This document shows, piece after piece, positions 57,012 through 64,000 of a DNA stretch of 64,000 bases. The notes under the pieces are model-generated. The model was not told the origin of the DNA and ran no database searches. It saw nothing but the letters and a program-made list of their open reading frames with translations. The position numbers and the translations under genes are program-made. Origin of the DNA: an uncultured Chloroflexia bacterium (GTDB lineage: Bacteria; Chloroflexota; Limnocylindria; Limnocylindrales; CSP1-4); assembly GCA_963736545.1 (NCBI GenBank), contig CAVTPA010000001.1, positions 1,467,248 to 1,531,247 of the forward strand, given 5' to 3'. The stretch's first letter is position 1, and every line of letters starts with the position of its first letter.

Positions 57012-58124
57012 ATGGCAACGAGCTCGCGATCGCGGGAAACGCGTGGCGAGCCGGCGCGCGCGGCGCCCGGCCCGCTTCTCACCACCCGTGCGCTCCGTCG
57101 CTGGCTCCCGCCGCTCGCTCGGCGCTCGCCGGACCTCCTGACCGCCTACCTCGTGCCGGGGCGGGTGTCGCCAAGGGTCCGCGAGGCGGCGATGCTCGGG
57201 GTCACCTCGGTCAACCGCTGCACGGCCTGCCAGTCCGTCCACGATCGGTGGGGCCGCGCGGTCGGGCTGGAGGCGGCTCGGCTGACGCCCGACGAGGCCG
57301 CCGCCTTCGCGTTCGGGCAGGAGCTCGCCGTCCTAGGCCCGGGCGACGCGCGTCCGCCACGGCACCTGGACGCCCGTCATCGCCGCGAGCTCGAGGCGTC
57401 GGCCCTCGCAATGGAGCTGGCGAATCTCGCCGGCAACCGTGCCGCCGACCTCCGCCGCCGCCGCCTGGACCGGGCGCATGGCGCTTCCGCCGTCGCGCGC
57501 CCCGGTCTGGACGCCGCAACCCAACCGCGCCAGGCCGCCGACGCGCGCGGCGCCCGTCTCCTCGACGTCGTCATGGCCGGCCTCGACCGCGCGGGCGTGG
57601 CCCGCGCCCGCCACCGGGTGGCCGGCGCGGCGCGCGGCGACGTGCTCGAGATCGGGATCGGGAGCGGGCGGAACCTCCACGTCTACCCGGCCGACGCCAC
57701 CGTCCACGGGATCGACCCGAGCGCCGCCGTCCTCGCCCTGGCCGAGGCGCGCGGCCGCGACCTGGGGCGTGAGCCGGTCCTCGCGATCGGCGACGCCGGG
57801 CGCCTCCCCTACCCCGACGCCTCGTTCGACACCGTCGTCGCGACGTTCGTCCTCTGCTCGGTCGACGACGTCGACGCCACGCTCCGCGAGGCTCGGCGCG
57901 TCCTCCGACCCGGCGGCACGGTGCGCCTCCTGGAGCACGCGCGCTCGCACCACCCACGTCTCGCGCGCGCGCAGGGCCGGCTCGCCCCGGCCTGGGCGCG
58001 CGCGAGCGGCGGCTGCCGCCTCGACCACGACGTCCGCGAGTCTGTCCGCGCTGCCGGCTTCCGCGTCGTCTCCGAGCGCCATCGCGCCGGCGGGCTGCTG
58101 GTCGAGCAGGTCGTCACGGCGTAG
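57012..58124 (+). CDS. Fusion protein: AhpD/carboxymuconolactone-decarboxylase-like domain plus class I SAM-dependent methyltransferase
   Basis: ATG at 57012 after GGTGGAGGG. AhpD-core motif VNRCTACQSVH (N-x-C-x2-C-x3-H). Methyltransferase motif I VLEIGIGSGRN, then LRPGGTVRLLEH. Confidence 0.7.
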   Translation: MATSSRSRETRGEPARAAPGPLLTTRALRRWLPPLARRSPDLLTAYLVPGRVSPRVREAAMLGVTSVNRCTACQSVHDRWGRAVGLEAARLTPDEAAAFAFGQELAVLGPGDARPPRHLDARHRRELEASALAMELANLAGNRAADLRRRRLDRAHGASAVARPGLDAATQPRQAADARGARLLDVVMAGLDRAGVARARHRVAGAARGDVLEIGIGSGRNLHVYPADATVHGIDPSAAVLALAEARGRDLGREPVLAIGDAGRLPYPDASFDTVVATFVLCSVDDVDATLREARRVLRPGGTVRLLEHARSHHPRLARAQGRLAPAWARASGGCRLDHDVRESVRAAGFRVVSERHRAGGLLVEQVVTA

Positions 58125-58136
58125 GGCAGGAACGGC

Positions 58137-58162
58137 GAAGCCCCGGCCGGAGCCGGGGCTTC
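58137..58162. terminator. Intrinsic terminator-like hairpin between convergent genes
   Basis: Perfect 11-bp stem GAAGCCCCGGC-CGGA-GCCGGGGCTTC, 13 nt after the stop at 58124 and 50 nt from the minus-strand stop at 58212. There is no clear U-tract. Confidence 0.5.
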
Positions 58163-58211
58163 GTGAGTTACACGCTCGATCGCCCGGACCCGCCGGGCTG
58201 CGGAGGGCGAG

Positions 58212-61200
58212 CTACCTCTCCGCCGGCGTGTGTGGCACGGCGATGTTGCCGCCCGTCAGCGTTGCGCGGTTGGCGGGCAACGACGCCGGGCTCGGCATCG
58301 CCAGGAGCCCGGGGCCGCGGACCCACATCGTGTCGGTCCCGATGCCAGGGGTGCCACAGTCGTCGGCGCGGACCGCGAACGCCTGGTTGCCGACGGTGGC
58401 GTAGGCGCCGTAGCCGCCGTTCGCCGCCGGGTCCCACGTCGTGTACGTCGCCTTCCCGTTGAAGGTCGCGATGCCGCAGCCGCCCGAGTCGAGGATCGCG
58501 AGGCCGCCGAGCGCGTTGCTCTTGAGGCGCGTCACGGTCCCGTCGTCGTGGTGGCGCACGGCGATGAAGCTGCCCTTCAGGTTCGTGAGCTTCTTCGTGT
58601 ACTTCATGACGAAGCCGAACGTGACGTCGTCGCCCTCGTACACGAAGCGGCCGCCGCCGGTGGCGAAGCCGAGGCTCGGGTCGTAGACCGTGAACGCGTC
58701 GCCGTAGGTCGCCGTGTAGTAGCCGCCGGTCACATCGAGGACGACCTCGTAGGTGCCCAGCGGGATCGGGCCGACGAACGTGCAGCGTGAACGGCACGGT
58801 CTTGGCGTAGCCGGTCCCGATCGGCGGCGCCGGGCGCACAGGCGAGGTTGAGCGTGCCCCCGCCGAGCGAGCGGGACGAGCCTTGCCGACGAGGCCCGGC
58901 GAGGGTGATGTCGCCGAGGCCGGCCGAGCCGGTGCCGGCGCTGGTCGGGCTCGCGCTCCTTCACGCCGATGGCCAGGCGCAGCGGGCCGGTCCACGAGCC
59001 GCTCACCGGGCGTCGTCAACCTGGCTGCGCCACGAGGTTGGCGGGGTCGTAGAGGATGATGGCGTCCTCCTTGGTGACCGTGACGTCCTGCGGTGCCGCT
59101 CGAGTCCATGTAGTCGTCGGTGCCGTCGAAGACCGCCCGGAAGCGCAGCGGCGTGCCGGCGCGCATCGAGGATCTGCTGCGGTCGGCCGAGCGTGCAACG
59201 CCGTCGACGACCGTGCACCGGGCTGCCCGACGTTCGTGTAGCGTCGACCCCGTCGTCGGTCAGACTCTGGAACTGGACGCTGCCGGTCGCGCTCGCTCGG
59301 CGTGATCGTCGCGCTGAGCGTGACCGTGTCGCTGTACTGCTGGGTCGACGGCGTGATCGGTCAGGGTCGGTCGTCGTGTCGATCGCCGAGGTCGAGCCCG
59401 ACGACGATCGGGTCGTGGTCGGACACCCGGAACTCGTCCGGCGCGTAGAGCGAGAGTGATCTGTCCAGCCGTCTTGAAGTCCGTGTTGTAGTCCAGAACC
59501 GACGGCTCGTCGGCGTTGATGTGGTACTCGGCGGTGCCGGTCACGCGCCCGAGGATCGACGCGGATCCGAGCGCCTGGTCGAGGTAGCCCCACTGGCCGT
59601 CGAAGACGTACGAGTAGGCGCTCGGCCCGCCGAACTGCTCGACGAGGTTCGTGAAGCCGGCGGTCTCGAAGACCCGGATCGGGTCTTCCTTCGCGTACGA
59701 GTTGTAGTCGCCGATCGAGGAGGACGTCGGGGTCGCCGACACCCGTCGGGTCGGTCGCGAGCCAGCCGACGAGCTCGGTCGCCGCGTTGACCCGGACCTC
59801 GTTGCAGTTGCCCTGCCCATCGCCCGCGTCGGGCGTGTCGCAAGCACTGCCCTTGCTCTTCAGGTGGTTGACGACAGCGATGAACCGCGCGCCGGTGTCG
59901 TTCTCCTCGAACGCCTGGGCGAGGGCCGGCCGGTTGCGCGGGGCACCGTCGCCGCCGTTGACGAACTCGACCGAGTTGAGGGCCGCCGTCTGGCCGACCG
60001 GCGTGACTGTCGCCCGGCTTGTAGATGAGCCCGACCTTGATCGCGTCGACGCCGAGCGCGTTGACCTGCCCGGTCGCCGCGTCGGCGTCGATGAAGCGCA
60101 TACGTCCCCGGCGCCGTCGCGGCGTTGAGCTGGCTCGACGAGCGTCGCGATCGCGCTCGACGCGCCGTACCCGTCGTTCTCCATCTCGGTGAACCCGAGG
60201 ACGTCGGGGTTCATCGCGAGGATCGCCGCGACGGTCTTCGGCCACTGCCGGTCGAACTCGGCCTGCGTGTCCGGCACCGCGGCAGTCGGCTGCGCCGCCG
60301 CCGACGCCGAGGGTGCAGTTGTCGACGTTGTCGGGCAGCCCGTCAAACGTGTTGAAGTAGTTGAGGTAGTTCATGCCGACCACCGTCAGCGTGCCGCCGA
60401 CGTCGGGCGCGGAGGCCGGCCGCGGGTTCGTCGGCTCGAAGTTGACGTAGCCGTTCAGGGCGTTGATCGGCCGGATGCGATAGGCGTTGCCGCTCGCCGC
60501 GTTGCCGGCCCAGGTGTAGTTCAGGACGCCGACGATGTTCGTCGCCGTGTCGCCGCCGCGGAGCGTGTTGCTCGCCGAGAGCGGCTGGCCGCCGCGCGCG
60601 AAGACGATCGGGTCGGGGTTCTGGGCCTGCGAGTGCGTCGTCGAGGATGATCCGGTTGAGGTTGTTGGCCGCCTGCAGGGCGAGCGCGGCGGCGCCCGGG
60701 ATCGACGACGTTCGTCGGCTGCTGCGAGCCGGCCGCCGGACGAGAGCACCACCTGGCCGAAGCCGCCCGAGCTGGAAGTGCTCGGTCACGTACATCGTCT
60801 GCGGGCAGGCGGACGAGCATGCCCTCGTACCGCTCGAGGAAGTCCGGCGAGGCGACCGGGAACGTGACGTCGGTCGGCGTCACAGTCTCGCCGTGCCGCA
60901 GCTCGACGATGGTGCCGACGCTGCTGATCTGCGACTGGCCCTGGTTCTCGCCGGCGGTGCCGGTCACGCGGACGACGTCGCCGAGGCTGACGGTGTTCGC
61001 GTTGCTGCCGTTGAACACGAAGATGCCGTCCGACGTGGCCGGGTCGGCGTCGCCGACGGGATCCTGGATGAAGAAGCCGCGGAGCGCCGGCGAGGCACCC
61101 TCGTAGTCGCCGACGACGACGCCCTGTGGTCACGACCGGTCCGGTGATCGCGACGGTCGCGCCGCTGCCCTGGATGGCGTAGATCGGCGTGTAGGGCAGG

Positions 61201-62732
61201 GTGCGACGGATCGACGGCCGCTCGTGAACGCCCCGACGAAGTCGGCTGCCATGTCGTCCGGCGGGTCGTTGGCGTCCTGGTCGCTCACGTTCGCCGCGAC
61301 GACGTCACGGTGCACGTGCTCGCTCGCCGACGAAGTCGGTCGTCGGATTGAGCGTGAACGTCGTCGGGCCACCGGTGACCGAGCGCGGCGACGGGCGCCG
61401 CTGGTGGTGCACGCGAGGGTGAACCACGGGTCGCTCACGTTGACCGGCTCGGAGAACGTGAGGGTGAGGTTCGCGTCGACCGCGACGTCGGTCGCACCGG
61501 CCCCGGGGGTCGTCGACGCGACGAACGGCGCGACTTCCGGGACCACGGTGCTGTTCGGCGCCCCCGGCGTGTTCAGCGCCTCGCCGGCCACGAGCGTGCC
61601 GATGAAGCCGGGGATGCCGGCCAGGTCGAAGTCGTTGCGGACCCAGTCGTCGGCGGCGTCCGTGTCGACGCCGTCGGGGATGCGCGACGCGCCGCCGGGG
61701 GCGAAGGCAGCCCGTCGTACGCGACGCCGAGGGCCGGGACACCGTAGGTGAGGTCGCCGGCGCCGCCGTCGTTCACGGCGACGGCGTCGACGATCGCCGA
61801 CCACGGCGTCGTGTCGAACGCCCCGTCGTTGTTCGTGTCGAGGTCGGCATCGAGCGCGCCGCTGAAGCCCTTGACCAGGAGGAGGGTGATGGTGCCGTTC
61901 TCCAGGGCGTTCGCCGCGAGGTTGACGAGGTACAGGCGGTTCGCGCCAGTCGTGCCGAGGGCGATGACCTCGTCGATCGTGCCGACGGCGCGCCGGTGTC
62001 ACCCTCGATCTCGAGGATCGTGTAGGCGGCGTAGCTGGTGGAGGCGGCCCCGTAGATCTCGACGTACTCGACATCGGTGCCAGTGGTGCTCGCCGAGAAC
62101 TCGTTGATCACCGGGTCCGGTGGAACGTAGGCATGAGAGCCGAGACCGCCGAACGTGTCGGTCGCGAAGCCGTCCCACTCGATCGACGGGTCGAAGGCGT
62201 CGGTGCCGTTCGTGTCGCCAGCGCCGATCGCCGCCTTGCGGCGAAGCGTGTTGTCGGCCGTGCTGGTGAGGCCGGTGCCCCACTCCGTGCCGGGGTCGAC
62301 ACCGATCTGACCGATCACGTCGATCACCGTCGTGCCCTTGCGCAGCACGGCGGCATCGTCGCCGTTGAACCAGCCCGATCCGTTGGTCTGGTCCGCCTGG
62401 GCGAGGATCGTCGCGTTCGCGCTGCTCTGGGCAAGCACGAAGACGTCCCCGTTGGCCACGGTGCCAGTCAAGTTGATCGTCAGCCCGGCGGTCGCCGAGC
62501 CGTTGAAGAACATCTGGACGTTGTAGCCGCCGGTCGCGAGGTTCACGGCCGCGCCCGTCCCGTTGTAGATCTCGAGCGCCTTGTTGTTGCTCGACCCCTC
62601 GATGTACTCGGAGAAGAAGAGCTCCGTCGGCGAAGCCGCCCGCACGGGGCTCGCGGCGGCGGGCAGGAGCCCCACCACCAGCAGCGCGGCAACGGCGAGC
62701 GCGCCGAATCGACGGACAAGGAGAGCTGGCAT
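58212..62732 (-). pseudogene. ExeM/NucH-family extracellular endonuclease (LTD domains, OB-like region, endonuclease/exonuclease/phosphatase domain, C-terminal extension), about 1500 aa, many frameshifts
   Basis: ATG at 62732, 9 nt after GGAGGA, with a signal peptide. LTD: [29 protein letters not shown]. Then FNGSNANTVSLGDVVRVTG..., MYVTEHFQLGR, WPKTVAAILAMNPDVLGFTEMENDG, EYHINADEPSVLDYN. These lie in at least 8 ORF fragments across all three frames. Confidence 0.75.
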
Positions 62733-63020
62733 GGGGCGTCGTCCTCCGCAACCGCTGGCCCGGCCGCCCGCATCTGGGGCGCAGCATCGGCTTGGGGGCT
62801 GAGCCCCAGGGCCAACGCGCCGCGGGCGACCGGTGATCGATTCGCTCGGCGACGGCCCCCGACCGCCGCATCCTCGAGTAGGCCAATCCTCCGCCCGCCG
62901 GGCCGTCCGACACAAGGGCCGTTCGGGCACACCTGCAGGTGGCGAACTCCCCGGGCGGCCGCCAACGGCGCGACGTTCGGCCGTAGAATCGTCTCAGCCC
63001 ACCCGCACGGAGGTCCGCCC

Positions 63021-63854
63021 TTGCGATTCAGCTGCCAGACCATCACCTGGGGCGGCGTCGTCGGGCACCCGGTCGGGGTCACGAGCGTCAAGGACCTCTT
63101 CTACCTCGCCAACGGCTCCACGGAGGCGGCCGCGCGGGACATCGCCGCTGCGGGCTACGGCGGGATCGAGCTGTTCGACGGCAACCTGCGCCAGTACGAG
63201 GACCGCCCGGACGACCTGCTCGACCTCCTGGCCGACCTCGGCCTCGAGCTGGTCGCGGTCTACTCGGGAGCCAACTTCGTCTACCGCGAGATCCTGGACG
63301 ACGAGATGTGGCGGATCGGGAAGGCCGCCGAGCTCGCAGCGAGGTTCGGGGCCACGAACCTCGTCGTCGGGGGCGGCGCGAAACGAGCCGGCGGCACCAC
63401 GGACGACGACTATCGCCGCCTCGCCGTGGGCCTCGACCGGGTCGCCGACATCGCCGACCGCCACGGCCTGCGGGCCGGCTACCACCCGCACCTGACGACG
63501 ATCGTCGAGGGGCCCGAGCAGGTCGACCGGATCCTCGAGATGTCGCGAATCGGCTTCTGCCCGGACACCGCTCACCTGGCGGCCGGCGGCGGCGATCCCG
63601 TCGACCTGGTCCGCCGGCATGCCGGCCGCATCACGCACGTCCACCTGAAGGACCTGCGGCCGGAGCCGTTCGCCTTCCTCCCGCTCGGGCGCGGCACGGT
63701 CGACATCGCGGGCGTGGTGCGGGTGCTGGAGGAGGCCGGCTACGACGGCTGGGTGACGGTCGAGCTCGATGCGTTCGACGGCGCGCCGGGCGACGCGGCC
63801 CGGGAGAGCCTCGCCTACCTCGAGATGCTCCCGGCAGGCCCGCCCTCAGGCTGA
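63021..63854 (+). CDS. Sugar phosphate isomerase/epimerase (xylose-isomerase-like TIM barrel, IolE-like)
   Basis: TTG at 63021, 7 nt after GGAGG. GYGGIELF..., GYHPHLTTIVE, DTAHLAAGGGD, HVHLKDL, WVTVELD. Confidence 0.7.
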   Translation: MRFSCQTITWGGVVGHPVGVTSVKDLFYLANGSTEAAARDIAAAGYGGIELFDGNLRQYEDRPDDLLDLLADLGLELVAVYSGANFVYREILDDEMWRIGKAAELAARFGATNLVVGGGAKRAGGTTDDDYRRLAVGLDRVADIADRHGLRAGYHPHLTTIVEGPEQVDRILEMSRIGFCPDTAHLAAGGGDPVDLVRRHAGRITHVHLKDLRPEPFAFLPLGRGTVDIAGVVRVLEEAGYDGWVTVELDAFDGAPGDAARESLAYLEMLPAGPPSG

Positions 63855-64000
63855 CTCGCCGACCACGGCCGGGGGCGCCTCCGGCCCGGCGCCTGTCGAC
63901 CGCGCGCGGTCGAGGGCTGCCCAGGTGAGGGTCGCCGCCACCACGAGGAGCGGGAAGACCGTCCCGACGAGCAGGCCGACGCGAAGGCCCGAGCCGCCGT
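63846..64000 (-). CDS. C-terminal end of a membrane protein whose gene starts beyond the right edge (tentative)
   Basis: Manual reverse translation: ...GLLVGTVFPLLVVAATLTWAALDRARSTGAGPEAPPAVVGESA*. G/C-rich third positions; the stop overlaps the isomerase stop region. Not in the ORF track because it is truncated by the window. Confidence 0.3.
   Translation of the reverse strand, partial: GGSGLRVGLLVGTVFPLLVVAATLTWAALDRARSTGAGPEAPPAVVGESA

Overview
A 64 kb chromosomal segment with very high GC (about 70% or more), strong GGAGG-type Shine-Dalgarno sites and many 4-nt start/stop overlaps. This fits an Actinomycetota- or Chloroflexota-like organism, but taxonomy cannot be proven from the sequence. 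I found no rRNA, tRNA, CRISPR array, transposase, integrase or phage genes. Most of the very long ORFs in the track are Arg/Pro/Gly-rich reading-frame artefacts of the GC content. The real content is: two secreted nucleases, a cupredoxin, ABC transporters, ferrochelatase, GlgE-pathway genes (mak, glgA/glgM-like, glgE), a cell-wall/surface operon (SpoIID/LytB-CAP-SH3 mosaic plus a PT-repeat surface protein), a galactoside utilisation locus, xfp-ackA, a GH63-like hydrolase, a tandem-fused AI-2E transporter, an AraC/flavin reductase pair, an MFS exporter and redox genes. The best candidate for an undescribed system is at 45.7-49.4 kb: an ECF sigma factor, an anti-sigma-like membrane protein, a secreted protein and a lipoprotein. 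These share four copies of a domain of roughly 130-150 aa that I cannot assign to any family; each copy ends in G-I-(I/V)-F-(P/R)-G-S-P-P-A-P. Other notable signals are a block-wise mosaic of intact and heavily frameshifted genes, a TIR-bearing repeat of about 160 bp flanking the MFS gene, a 5-copy 20-mer array, and two 99% identical 270-bp repeats inside one gene. Non-coding coordinates may be off by 1-2 nt.
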